Assembly (NCBI RefSeq): GCF_009914755.1
Contig: NC_060947.1
DNA: 64,000 nt
From: the human T2T-CHM13v2.0 reference genome, Homo sapiens
Direction: 5' to 3' (one strand)
Positions 1 through 15,597 of the stretch are shown here, in pieces (position 1 is the stretch's first letter; each line of letters opens with the position of its first letter). The notes beneath the pieces are model-generated. The model saw only the letters and a list, made by a program, of their open reading frames with translations, was not told the DNA's origin and searched no databases. The position numbers and the translations under genes are program-made.

Positions 1-536
1 GAGACAACTTGTTCCGTATAACCTGTAACATAAGGAATACTACAGCAATGTCTTCAGACTGAAGGGAAATAACCCTTCATGGAAATTAAAAACTATAGAA
101 AGGAGCCAAGCACACTAGAAAAGAAAATTACGTAGATAAATATGTCAATTTTTCTACTGATTTTGGAAAATAACCCAACTTATAAAACAAAACTGATGAT
201 AACATTGTATATGTAAAATATATGAAAACAACACCACAAAGGAAAGAGGATGAAAAGGAAATAGAGTGTTGTGAAGTTAACATTTATGTGCAGTGGTACT
301 AACATAGTTCCAAGTAGAATAAGATAGGATAAAGATTCATATGCCAATCCCCAAAGCAACAATTCAACACAGTATAGGTAGTAATCAGGTTACTATGGCA
401 GTATAATGAATTCTCCAAAAACTTATATTTTGTAATATACTCATTATTTACTGTTTTAGTTTCCAAATAGGATATACTTCAATAAAAGTACTGCCACCAT
501 ATTGCTCATACCTGGCACATGTTAGATGCTGAAGAA

Positions 537-817
537 AAATGTATTGAACTTATGGATATTTAACTTGAAATAAATTAATATAATGATAAAAAAAGATGCA
601 CTCCTTGGGAAGATAATTTGCATTAACAGAAATTGTTTATCTTAGGCACATATAGATTGAATAAATTTTCTATAAAAGAAAAATTTACAGACTCACAAGT
701 ATTTCGATAACTAGTATTTGTAAAGATGAACACTTCCACTGAAGAGGCAAACAAGCCTCTTTCAGTCCAAACACCCTGCTGAGAAAAACTAGGAAATCTG
801 GAAGATATTAAAGATAT
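537..817 (+). repeat. Direct repeat, copy 1 (pairs with 2947-3227)
   Basis: About 85-88% identical by eye over ~280 bp, e.g. gaacacttccactgaaga and cagactcacaagtatt in both. Confidence 0.9.
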
Positions 818-2946
818 TGTTTGAAGGCACCATAAACCAAAGGAAGAAAGCAGATAGGATCCCAGGAGACAAGCTTGTGTAATGAGAAGCACTCAAATTT
901 GCTACTGCTTCTCGCTTGAAGGCTTTTGCTGACTTTAAGGATGTGATTGAGGATCCACGATGCTCAGCAGAATGTTGTAGCTGAGCAGCTAAGCAGCTGT
1001 GAAGGACATTCAGGAGTTTCATCCAACCAAGAGGATGCAGATTAGACCTAACAGTGAACAAAGGAAACAAGCCAGGGAAAACAAACCAGAGGTTCATTTG
1101 GCATCCCCAAGGAATTATATCTTGATATTGATATAAACCTAAAATAGAAAACTCCACACAAAACCTGAGATCCAGTTTCCAAAGAAGTCAATCTCTGATT
1201 GTAATGAGATGAACTATCCCGACCCTAACTGCCTCTCAAATGCAAAAGCAACGATATACCACCCTAGAAAGTCCAATTACCTCTATATGACTTCATACAG
1301 AAAAGCCAGGCTACAATCAAAAGTAGCCACAAATGCAGAAAGCAAATTGGAAGGAAAGGATTTAGCATCAGACTTGGGATCCATTTTCTCCATTTACTGA
1401 GGACGCCTCAAACAGAAAGAACTAAGACGTGATTTTACACCCATGCAATTTAGAACAACAGTGGGATACCACTAAATGCCTATTATATGAACAACAGCAA
1501 AAAATACAGACCACAAAAAGTTCTGGCAAGGCTATAAAGCAAATGTAACTCTCCTACACTGCTGGTAGAGTGCAAAACAGTATATTCACTGCGGAACACA
1601 TCGACATATTCTAGAATAACTGAAAGGCAGAAATATCATGTGATCCAGTCATTTTGTTCCTTTAAATTTTTCCAAGAAAAAATGATATTATATGTCCATA
1701 CAAAGACTCCTAGAAGAATGTCCATAACATGGGAAAGGGTGGAGAGCCTGGGCAAGATCAAAGGGAAAAAGAACAAGGTTCATAAGAAACTATGGTGCAC
1801 GATGAGTGGATATTTACATTATCTTGATTGTAGTATTGGTTTCTTAAGTATACACATATTAAAACTTTTATGTTAACTTTAATGTTGTACAGTTTAAGTC
1901 AATTATACTTCAATAAATCTATTCCAAATGTGCCATACGCACCAAATGTCTCAAAGAAAGTTAAGACCATTAAACTCAAAAGAGAAAGTTTGAAGACAGA
2001 ATACTAAGAAATTTAATATTTATATGAAATATTTAAGACAGAATAATCCTCCAGAATAAATTGGAAAAAAATTGATTTAAGCCAAAAAATGAAAAACTAA
2101 AATTAAATCAATAAATGAATATTTTTAATTACATTAAATATATTTTTGATGTTGTTTTTCTTTTTTTTGAATAGAGCACAAAAATGATAAACCCTTGACA
2201 ACAATTCTCAAAAAAAGCCAGGCATTATCATTATCAGGAATGTAAAGAGGATTATCACTACAGCTCCTTGAGACATATACATAATATGTTAAACAAAGTT
2301 ATGTTGATAAATTTGAAGTTACATGAGATCAGTAAATTCTAGAGAAAAAAATCAGCTTATCAAGAACAAAAAAAAAATTAGGAAATCTCAATAATTCTAT
2401 ATCTATTTAACAAATTACATCTGTAATTAAATCCTTCCTACCAATGATTCTACACAGTACTGCTTGATGACCTACACTCATTACCATGAGAAAGTATGCC
2501 AACTTTGAACAATCTCTTCCAGACAAAAGAAACATTTCTCAGTTATTTTATTAGACTGCTATAAGCTTTACACCAAAATAATATCACAAAGAAGATATAA
2601 GAAAGGAAAATCAATGGTTTACAGTGAAGAACTGGAGAAATGGAGCTCTATCTTTCCAATGCTGAAAGAAAAAAGAGAAAACTGCCAATCCAGAATTCCA
2701 TATGTAGAAAAATTTTGCTTCCAAACTGATAGTGAAATAAGATATTCAAACCTGAGACAATTTGCCACTGGGAAAACTATAAAACAAATAATGCTAAATG
2801 AAGCCATTTAGGGTAAGGGAAGATAACATCTTACAGAAATTAAGAATTTTAGGAAGGAGTGAAAAACCCTGAAAAGGGAAAATATGTGGATAAATATATA
2901 ATATGATTTTCTATTATTTATTTAAATGATAACTGAGATCAATGAT

Positions 2947-3227
2947 AAATGTACTGAAGTTACAGATATTTAACTTGAAATAAATTAAGTATAATGATAC
3001 AAATGATGCACTCCTTGGTAATATCATTTGCCCTAACAGAAATTGTTTATCTTAAGGACATATAGATTGAACACATTTTCTATAAAAGAAAAATCTACAG
3101 ACTCACAAGTATTCCAGTAACTAGTATTTGCAAAAATGAACACTTCCACTGAAGAAGTAAACCAGCCCCCTTCAGTCCAACCATCCTGCTGAGCAAAACT
3201 AAGAAATCTGGAATATATTAAATATAT
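2947..3227 (+). repeat. Direct repeat, copy 2 (pairs with 537-817)
   Basis: Colinear with 537-817. It bridges an L1 ORF1 fragment on the left and an L1MD-like 5'UTR on the right. Confidence 0.9.
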
Positions 3228-4677
3228 CTTTAATAACTGTTCTACTTCAGCCAAACATCACAGAAAACCAAAGCTCCCATCCTCACCCATCCATCAAAAA
3301 TGCACCTTCACCACTATGTAACTAGTTAACCCAAACTGCCACCACATGTGATCCAACAAAGCCCAGTAGGGAGCTGGTACTTTCATACTTGCTGGGTGGT
3401 AAAGAGCATGCCCTCAACCACACCACTGGTGTCAAAAGAGACCATGTGGGAAATCTGGACTTCCCTTCCCTGAGAATTAATGAAATACTGCTCCCCTCCC
3501 TGCTGGAGTGCTGTCAGAGAAGGGTCAGTGGAGATTAATGGTTTCACAACAGCACATGGTGAAAAGGTTAAAAAAAAAAAAGTCACCCTATACATTGTCA
3601 ATGAAATTCATATGAGGAGCTATAACCTGACACTCCTACTCTCCCCATCAGGGAGGAATGAGTGGAGGCCTAGACAGCGACCAGAACTCCCAACCCCAAC
3701 CAGGAGTAACCAGGAACATCCCTCACTCAGGAGTCAATGGGGGCCAGGGATGGAACACTCTTTTACACTCACCTGGCAATAGAGGTAATGCCTTCACCTT
3801 TGCCCTGCTTGTGTGGTGCAGAGGAGTTAATTATTGATATTGAAGGCAGAAAAAAAAGAAATTACCCAATCAGGACAACAGAGAGGGAATAAAAGGGAGA
3901 AAAAAAGGAACAAAATCTCAGGGACCTGTAGTTCAATAAGAAAAGTTGTAACATTCCTGTGACTGAAATCCCATAAGGAGTGGAAAGAGTATAGGACTAA
4001 GAATACTTTAGGATAGGATGCCTAAAAACTTTCCAGCTTGTCAAATGAAATCTACAGATTCAAGAGCTTAGTGAAACACAATTAGGATAAACCTGAAGAA
4101 ATTCATCCCAAGACACATCATGGTCAAACTTCTGGAAACTAAAGACAAAACAAAGTTATTGAAAACAGCAAGAGAGAAATTATACCTTCCCTATAGGGAA
4201 AGTACAAAAACATTCAAATTAGGTCAAATTTATCATCTGGTTTCTACAGGGAAGACAGAAGCAAGTTCCACAATTTTAAAATGCTGAAAGAAAAGAATGG
4301 TCAACCCAGAATCCTATATACAGTGAAAATATTCTCAGAAATCAAATTTAAAGTAAGACATTCTCAGATGAAGGAACACTAAGAAAATTTATTGCCAGCA
4401 CAACTACCCTAAAAGAATGGCTAAAAGCAAGTTATCTAAACAGAGAAGAATGATAAAAGAAGTAATCTTGGAATATCAAAAAAGAAGGACAAGGTTATCA
4501 AAACACAGGTGAATACAATAAACTAACTTTCTCCTCTTGAGCTTTCTAAATTAGGTTTTTCACTCTAAATAAAAATTGTAACATTTTCTGATGTGGATCT
4601 CAAGTGTGTAGAGTAAATATTTAAGACAAATGAATTCAGGGGTATAGTACATAGAGATAACAGGAGATAAGGTTTCT

Positions 4678-5415
<738 letters not shown>

Positions 5416-5808
5416 TAAAATGATGACAGCAGATTATGATATCTGACTATCTATCTATCTATCTATCATCTACCTGTTGTTCAGAGTAATCAGTAAAATG
5501 AATAATGCAAAAATGTACATCCAAATACACTACAGATAAATAAAAATTGAATTAAAAAATTTAAATACCCACAGGCAGACAGGAAAGAGAATACTGAGAA
5601 ACAAAATCAGAGAACAAAGAGAATAAAAAATTAATGGCACACTTAAGTGCTAACATACAGATAATATTAAATGAAAATACCCTGCATATACCAACTAAAA
5701 TACTGACATTGGCTGAATGAATTCACAAAAAAGTGACTTAACTATTTTTCTGTCCACAACAATTGCATTTTAAATATAACAACATAGACAGATTAAAAGT
5801 AAAGGATG

Positions 5809-5975
5809 AAGCACAAAGAAAAGACATATATTTGAAGTGATTGATATCCCAAACGCACTGATTTCATCTTTGCAAATTATATCAATGTACTAAATTATCA
5901 CATGTAACCCCAAAATATGTGCATTCATTATGTATCAATAAAATATATATAAAATGTATAAAAATAAAATGAAAA
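5809..5975 (+). mobile_element. Short L1MA 3'-end insertion
   Basis: L1MA-type 3' UTR ending tatgtatcaataaaa, flanked by aaaggatg direct repeats. Confidence 0.65.
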
Positions 5976-6865
5976 AAAGGATGGGGAAATATATCATACC
6001 AAAAATAATCAAGAGAAATCAGGAATCACAATATAAACACAGATAAAGCAAAATTCAGAGCAAAGAAAACTTAAGAAATAAAGATGGACGTTATATAATA
6101 ACAAATGGTCAATCCAAAAGAAGATATAGTAATCTTAAATATGCATGCACCCAACAAAAGGAGCTACAAAATATGAAAACAAAGCTGATGCAATTGAAAG
6201 GAGAAATAGATTAATCTACAGTAGCTGGAGACTTCAACCTCCCTCTCTTAACAATTGATAGAACAACTACACAGAGCCAGCAAAGATTTTAAAGAAAATA
6301 ACACCATCAACCAACAGGATTTAACTGTCAATTATAGAATACTGCATCCAACAATAGTAGAGTACAAATTACCTTCCTGTGTCCATAGAATATACACCAA
6401 GGTAGACCATATCATGGTGAATAAAATAAATCTCAACAAATTTAAAAAATCTAAAATCATAAGAGTGTATTCTCTGACCACAATGGAATCAAATGGAAAT
6501 TAGTAACAAAAGCATAACAGCAAAATCTCTAAAAGTTTGCAAACAAAATGATACACTTGGAAATAATCCATGGGTCAAATAGATAACATCAAGAATTTTT
6601 TTAAAGTCACTGAAATAGACGGAAAAGAAAATACAACATATGAACATTTAAGACAGAAAACAGAAACAGAAAAATAGCATATTAAAGAGGAAAAACTTTT
6701 CAATTTATTTTATGAAGCTAGTAATACCATTATATCAAAATTAGACAAAGTACCACAACAAAAAACATAACCCTACAGACACAAAATTTTAACATGATAC
6801 CAGCAAATAGAACTCAGTGATACATAAAAGGTTTACAAGTTGGTTTAATTCCAGGGATATAAGGC

Positions 6866-7000
6866 ATACACACACAAAAAAGACAACCATGGAAGGTGAT
6901 GGATATGGAAATTTGTTTATAGCAATCCTTTCACTATGTATATGTATATCAAAACGTCAAGTCATACAAGTTAAAAATATACAATAAAAATTTTAAAAAA
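6866..7000 (+). mobile_element. Short L1MA/MB 3'-end insertion
   Basis: ggtgatggatat...tatatcaaaacgtca...aatatacaataaaaa 3' UTR motif. Confidence 0.6.
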
Positions 7001-7421
7001 CAATCAATGTAATCTACCATATTAGCATGCTAAAGAATGAAAATGACATGAACATAGAAATTGAAGCAAAATCAATTAACCAAATCCAATACCCATTCAT
7101 GATAACAACTTACAGAAAGAGAAAAATAGAGAAGAACTTCCTAAATTTGATAAAAAGCATCTGCCAAAAACTTATAGCATACATTATACATAAAGGTGAA
7201 AAACTGAATGCTTTCCTATTAATTTCAGGAATAAGGCAAGTAGTTTACTTTCACCACTTTTATTCAAAATAGTGCTTGCTGGTGATCCAAGGAAAGAAAT
7301 AAATAGAAGGCATATAAACCTAAAAGGAAGAAAGAAAACTACCTCTATTTGCAGATGACCTAAAGTCTACAAAGACAATCCCAAAGAATCTCCAAAAAAT
7401 ACTTAGAAATAAGAAGTAATT

Positions 7422-7717
7422 GGCTGGATGTGGCAAGTCATGCCTATATTCCCAAAGCTTAGGGAGGCCGAGGCAGAAGGACCACTTGAGGCCAGGAGTT
7501 CAAGACTAGCCTGGGCAACATAGCAAGACCGTGTCTCTACAAAAAATAAATTAAAAGATTAGCCAAGTGTGGTGGCAGAAGCCTGTAGCCCCAGCTACTT
7601 GGGAGGCTCAGAGGGGAAGATCACTTGAGCCCAGAAATTGGAGATTACAATGAGCTATGATTGCGCCACTGCTCTCCATCCTGGGCAACAGTGCAAGACC
7701 CTGTCTTTTAAAAAAAA
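7422..7717 (+). mobile_element. AluJ
   Basis: Dimeric Alu with J-type gaggccaggagttcaag and agctatgattgcgcc. Confidence 0.9.
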
Positions 7718-8269
7718 GTGACATTGGCAAGGTTATGTGATACAAAATAAACATGAAATAAATTATGTTTCTATATACTAATAGACATGTGGACACTGAA
7801 ATAAAAAATAGAATTTATAATTGCTTCATAAATGAAATACTTAGAAATAAACATAAAACATGTATAGGCATTGTATGCTAAAAATTACACAACATTGATG
7901 AGAGAAATCAGAGAATATCTAAACAGAGAGACATACTGTGCATGTGAATTTGACTGTTCAACAGAGTAAATTTAAATTCTCACAAAAGAAAAATACAGGT
8001 TTAACACAATTCCTAAGTAAATTCCAATAATATTTATTGTAGTTATTGAGAAGATTGTTCTAAAATTGATATAACTAACAAAATTTTGAAATAGTAAAAT
8101 ATGTTGGAGAACTCACACCACTCACTTTCAAGAAGTATTATATAGCTATAGTAATAGAGACAGTGTGGTATTCATAGTGAGATGGACGCATAGATGAATG
8201 AAAGAAAAAGAATCCAGAAATAGCCCCATACAGTATGGTCAACTGAATTTAGATAAAGCTGCCAAAGCA

Positions 8270-8664
<395 letters not shown>

Positions 8665-11600
8665 TTAAACCTCTAAACTTCACATCTCATACAAAAAGCA
8701 ACTCAAAATATATCATAGATATAATTATTTTTTATAAAAACTACTTAAAAACCTTAAGGAAAGAAATAGAATAAAAACATTCAGGACATTGGGCTAGGCG
8801 AGGAGTTATTAGATTTGATACCAAATATCAAACTATATAGTATTTCATACAGAAAATCCAGCATACAATAAAAAAAAATAAACATGCAAAAGAATGAATG
8901 AAAAAGATTAGCATCTGGCCTTTGATTTGTTTTCTCCATTTACTGTGGATGCCTGGGACAGAAAGAACTATGATTTGGTTATACTCATGCATTGTAATGT
9001 GACAATGAGATTACTATTGCATACCTACTAGGAGGGCTACAGTTAAACATTCTGAACTTAACAAGTGCTATAAAGAATGTAGAAAAATTGCAACATTCAT
9101 TCAGCTGGTAATGTGTAAAATGGTACAATGTTGCAAACTAGTTTGTCATATTGTAAAATAGCTCAGAAGTACACTAATCATGTGACCTAGTCATCCATTC
9201 CTTGAAGTTTATCCAAAAAATGAAAGTATATGTCCATAAAAAAACTTGTACAAGAATGTGCATAGCATGGGAAAATGAGGAATGTTGAGGCAGGATCAGT
9301 AGACAGGAGATACATATATGCACAAGAAAACTTGAAAAGGTGGGTGGAATGGATATTTACATTATCTTAATGATGGTAACTGTTTCACAAATACATACAT
9401 ATCCCAAAATGTATACTGTTTATTTTAAAGTTGCACAGTTTAAGTCAATTATACCTCAATAAAGCATGCATGAGATGGACCAAAATATCTGTCTAAAGGA
9501 AAATTTATAGCATTAATTGTACAAACAGAAATGCTGAAAATTTAAGATCTCATAGTCCACCTCAAGAAATTGAAAAAAGTTATTAATTACTAAAAATAAT
9601 TGAAGACATGAACCAATAAAATCGAGATAAGTTAATAAAATTTGAATAATTTTAAAGGAAATATTGACAAATCTCAAAGTTTTCATTTTAAATAGAATAA
9701 AAAATTGACAAATCTCTTGCAAAACTTATCAAGAAAAATAAAATACACGTTACAGTATCAGAAATGTAGACAGAAACATCACTACAGTTCCTGTAGACAA
9801 ATACATAATATTATAAACAAAATTATGCTATAAATTTTAAATTTTATAAAATGATAAAAAATCTAAAGCCTAGGAATTCTCAGTAGTCCCATGATTATTA
9901 AATAAATTGTATCTATAATGAAAATCCTTCCTACCAATTAATTCCACATCCTAGTGCCTGAATTCCTGATCATTTCCATATAATGAGAAAGAAACACCAC
10001 CAATCTTGCACAAACTCTTCCATGGAACAGAAAAGAATTCCTCCAAATGTTCTAAGAGACCCTTACAAACTTTACACCGAATTTATCAGGAAATCAAAGG
10101 TTTACATCCTGCCAGTTCAAGTTTATACCCCTCCAATAACCTCATATTAAGATACAATATAGTGACTTACTAGTATTTAACTTGCACTAAGTATTAAGCA
10201 TATTTAATAGAGTAATTGCTAATTTACACTTTGTGTATATACTTAGGTGCAATGCAAAGTTCATTTGTTAAAATACCATTACAATTATACTAAATGCAAA
10301 ATTATCATATATTAAGGCTATGGAAGTATCAAGCATCTCCACTTATTATTTTATGTTCTATATATTGCTTGTTACTGATAAATTGATATTTACTATATTT
10401 ATATAAATCACTTCTCATATAGAGTATATTTTCTCAAAACATGATGTTACATGTTACATAATAGCTCTAGACTAAAAATATTTTGCAATAAGCAATACAA
10501 TTATCACTTCATCATTCTTTATCAAGAGATTCGTGTTTCTCATTAAATTTCTCATTTAAGTCACAAGTAATATCAGATTAGCAATAATAACAACAAACCA
10601 TCTTACTTGGGAATGTACTTATTTTTTAATTCTTGGAAAATATGTGCAGATATCTTTACGTTTTAAATATAAAATAAATTTTTGGCTTTTTGGCTTTTGT
10701 TGTTTCTCATACCAGCTATATATTTTTTATTTTGCTTTGCTTTATTGCTAGTGTCAGCCAAATAAATTCTTTTTGTTTGCCTAAATGAAATAACTTGATA
10801 TAAAAACTATTGAAGTTTTTGAAATATTTTGTTAGTAAACCATATATTTGACATTTATATGAAATATAAATAATACTAATGAAATGAACATATATCCATC
10901 AAAAACTTCAAAAAATAAATGTAGAATATCAATCCATGAACAATGGTTTAAATGATGGCTGCCTTCTCAACAGAATCCATGGAGAACTGGAAAAATGGTA
11001 CAGCATCTTTCCAATGCTGAGAAACAAGATAACAATTTTAAACCCAGAATCATAAAAACAGTTTCTAAGCCACAAACAGATCCAAAGGTAAGGGAGGAAC
11101 ATCTTTTTGTTCAGAGGCTTAAGTACAACCTTTCACCAAGAATGCTGACAAGACGGGCTAAAAGATGAAAACATGAGGAAAAATCTAAGCAAGGATATCA
11201 GAAGCTGCACACAACAGTGAAGATGGACTTCACAAAATTAGCCCAGTCTTGTCAACAAATGAGCAACAAAACAAACAACAACAATAAACCAGATGAGGAG
11301 TAAATCTCAAGATTTAATATATTATATTACCTAATATGTCCAGTACTTAACAACAAAATAAAAATTCCAAAACTATGAGACATGGAAAAAAAGAGGGAAG
11401 TGTGACAAATATATAGGACACAAGACAAACAACAGAAACTGCCTTTGCAAAGACCAAAATGTTGGAGTAGCAGACAGGCTTCAAAACAGCTATCATAAAT
11501 ATGTTTTAAAAACAAAAGGAAACTGTGTTTACAAAATTAAAAAATATAATGTTAGCTTAAAATCTGTGCATTTCACTGAATTGCCTCATTCAATAAAATG

Positions 11601-11738
11601 AAAGAAAAAAGTAATTATCAATATCAAGTTTTCAATAAAATGTTTAAATAAAATGCGACAAAAAGGCCACAAGGAAAAGGCAGGGATAAAAGGAGTTTTT
11701 CTGCTGTTAGGTTGCGTTTACATAAATTGATACTTTCT

Positions 11739-12119
<381 letters not shown>

Positions 12120-12260
12120 TTACATATTGACTTGTTTGTTTTCCACTGGGCTGTGCCTCAGTAATGTACCTCTACCATGAAATCCATATCTGGCACATGT
12201 TGGGAACTCGGGAAACACTTAGGCAATCAATGAAAAAAATCTAACATTAAGCAAATAAAG

Positions 12261-12370
12261 ACAGGAGAATTGCTTGAACCCAGGAGAGGGAGGTTGCAGT
12301 GAGCCGAGATCGTGTCACTGCACTCCAGCCTGGGCAACAGAGCAAGATTCTGTCTCAAAAAAACAAAAAG
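12261..12370 (+). mobile_element. 5'-truncated Alu (right-arm fragment)
   Basis: caggagaattgcttgaaccc...ctgtctcaaaa followed by an A/GA tail. Confidence 0.85.
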
Positions 12371-13497
12371 AGAGAGAGAGACAGAAAAGATAAACTCTTC
12401 AGAAAATTATTTGTCTTTTAAGAAAAATTTTAATCTTATTGATATAAAGATTGGGTTAATTAGGCATAAAAGGAAAAACAATTAAACTTATTTCAAAAAG
12501 GAGAATATATGGAGCAGTTTTCAGGAATGACTGAGAAGCTGTCAGATAAACCATTCCTCTGAGAAAAACTAGGAAAGCTGGAAGATATTAAAGACATTCT
12601 TCAAAAGCACTACTAACCCAAGGAAGCAACCACCTGATGAGACGAGTTCTCAAAAGAGAAGCCCAAGGGATGAAACCCAAATTTGGTACCTCTTTTCCCC
12701 TCAAAATATATGCTAACTCAAAGGAGGTGATTGAGAAGCCAAGATACTAACCACAAAGCTGTAGTTTAGACACTATGCAGCTGAGCAGGTATTTTAGTAG
12801 TCTCAAAAACTCAGGGGACACAGTGCACCAAGGAGAAAGAAACAGGAAGACAACCCAGGGGTTCATGTGGCATCCCTGAGAGGCTATGCCCTAAATGCTG
12901 ATATGAGCCAGAAATAGAAAACATCTCACAAAACCTGAGATGCAGCTTCAAAAGGAATATCCCTGATTGCTGACAGCTGCCCACATGCTAACTGTCTCTT
13001 AGAAGCAAAAGCAAATGCTCGCTAAAAAGGAAAAATTTTTCAAAACTTCCAATTATGTCTATGGTATTTCATACACAAAATCCAGCATACAATAAAAATA
13101 ACCATATAGGCAAAAGCATAAATGGGAAAGAAAAGATTAACAACAGGCTTGTAATCCATTTTCTCCACTTACTGGGAATAAATAGCAAGGAAAGATTGAT
13201 GACTTGTGTATATCACACAATTTAGAGCAACAGTGAGGTATCACTGCACACCTATTAGAAGAGCTACAATTAAATATACTGACTAAAACAAGTGCTGGCA
13301 AGTATGTAAAGCAACTGTGACTCTCATAATATTGGTAGGATGTAAAACGGTATAATTACGTTGCAAAACATATTGATTTATTCTAAAACAACTTTAAAGT
13401 ACACTTCTCTCATGATACAGCCATTCCACTCCTTGAACTTTATCCAAGAAAAATGAAATTATACATTCACAAAAAGACTCATACAAGAATGTCCATA

Positions 13498-15205
13498 GTA
13501 TAGTTTTAAGTTGGGTAGTGTGATGATTCTGGCTTTTTTCCTTTTGGTTAGAATTGCTTTGACTATTGGGGCTCTTTTTTGGATCTATACTATAAAGCTA
13601 AGGAAACCAAAACAGCTTGGTACTGGTACAAAAACAGACACCAGACCAATGGAATAGAACAGAAAACTCAGAAATGTAAGCCATACACCTACAACCATCT
13701 GATCTTTGACAAGTCCAACAAAAACAAGCAATGAAGCAATGGGCATTCAATAAATGGTGCTGGAATAAGTGGCTGGCCATATGCAGAAGATGGAAGCTGG
13801 ACCCCTACCTTTCATTACATACAAAAATTAACTCAAAATGGATTAAAGATTTAAATGTAAGACCTCAAACTATAAAAATCCTGGAAGACAACCAAGGAAA
13901 TACTCTTCTCGACATCAGCCTTGGCAAAGAATTTTTGGCTAAGTCCCCAAAAGCAATTGCGGTAAAAGCGAAAATAGACAAGTGAAACCTAATTAAACCA
14001 AAGAGCTTCTGCACAGCAAAAGAAACTATCAACAAAGCAGGTAACCTACAGAATGAGAGAAGATATTCATAAACTATGCATGCAACAAATGTCTAATATC
14101 CAGAATCTAGAGGGGATTTAAACAAATCAACAAGCAAAACACAAATAACCACATTAAAAAATGGGCAAAAGACATGAAGAGATACTTCTCAAAAGAAGAC
14201 ATATGACAGCCAACAAACACATGAAAAATTGCTCAACATCACTAATTATCAGAGAAATGCAAATAAAAACCACAATGAGATAATGTATCACACAAGTCAG
14301 AATGTCTATTATTAAAAAGTCAAAAAAACAACAGATGCTGGCCAGGTTGTGGAGAAAAGAAAACACTTTTACACTGTTGGTGGGAATGTAAATTAGTCCA
14401 GCCATTGTGGAAAGCAGTCTGGAGATTTCTCAAAGAACTGAAAACAGAGCTACTATTCAACCCAGTATTCCTATTACGGGCTATATACTCAAAGGAAAAT
14501 AAATCATTCTACCAAAAAAGACATGCACTCACATTTTCATCGCTGCACTATTCACAATAGCAAAGACATGGAATCAACCCAGGTGCCCATCAATGGTAGA
14601 CTGGATAAAGAAAATGTGGTACAGGTCCACCATAAAATACTATGCAGACATAAAATATAATGAAATAATATCATTTGCAGCAACATGAATGGAACTGGAG
14701 GCCATAATTCCAAGTGAATAAACACAGAAAATCAAATATTGTATGTTCTCATGTGTCAGTGGGAGCTAAACATTTGATTTTGATTTTAACTTTTTATTTT
14801 ATAATTTCAAAAAAGTGTATTCTCAAATCTTAAATTTTCAGGATTTTATCTTTGACATTAATGCTCTAAATTTTCCTTTAGATACATGTTTTGGTACATA
14901 GCACATAGTTTGTAACAGCTTAATTGAGGTATAATTGATGTCAGATGAACTGCACAATTTAATATATATTTGTGTGTGTGTTTGTGTGTGTGTAGTTGAG
15001 CACACATGGACATCAATATGGGAACAATAGACACTGAAGACTACTAGCAGGTGGAGGGAGAAACAGGGGTGAGTTTAAAAAATATCTATCCAGTACTATG
15101 GTTGCTACCTATGTGATGAGACCTGTACTCTAAGCCTCAGCATCACACAATATTCCCATGTAACAAACCTGCACATGTACCTCCTATCTAAAATGAAAGT
15201 TGAAG
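13498..15205 (+). mobile_element. L1PA15/16-like element with short 5' inversion
   Basis: 13498-13585 is inverted ORF2 and 13586-15205 is sense ORF2/3'UTR ending aaatgaaagttgaa. TSD-like aagaatgtccatagta / aagaacgtccacggta; paralogous units show the empty site. Confidence 0.85.
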
Positions 15206-15343
15206 TTACTAGCAATAAAGAACGTCCACGGTATGGGAAAGTGGGGAGAGCTCGGGCAAAATTAGGAGGGGGAAATCCAAAAGTGCACAAGGAAAGCTGG
15301 AGAGAAGGATAAATATGTTCATAATCTTAAGTGTAGAGATGGT

Positions 15344-15374
<31 letters not shown>

Positions 15375-15597
15375 GCACACACACGCACGCACACATACAC
15401 ACAAATATATATATATTGTGTAGCCTATTTGAAATCAATTATACTTCATCTAAGCTGTTAAAAACTGTGTACTACATGCCAAAATATGTGACTAAAGGAA
15501 AATTTAGAGCATTAATGCCAAGGATAAAATCCTGAATATTGAAGATTTGAGAATACACTGCATGAAATTAAAATATAAATCAGAAAATGAAATCAAA
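14774..15597. repeat. Inverted repeat, arms ~14774-14995 and ~15375-15597
   Basis: The reverse complement of the left arm contains taaaggaaaatttagagcattaatg and gatttgagaatacact, both found in the right arm; ~80% identical by eye. Confidence 0.88.

Noticed and set aside
623-3254. Two similar minus-strand ORFs (623-892 and 3033-3254) suggesting a small gene family
   Set aside because: The similarity comes from the 280-bp DNA duplication. The N-termini differ and nothing indicates coding constraint.
10951-11021. atgatgg...ctga in module A resembling snoRNA C/D boxes repeated per unit
   Set aside because: The segment aligns with L1 ORF1 coding sequence, the C box is imperfect and not conserved between copies, and there is no terminal stem.
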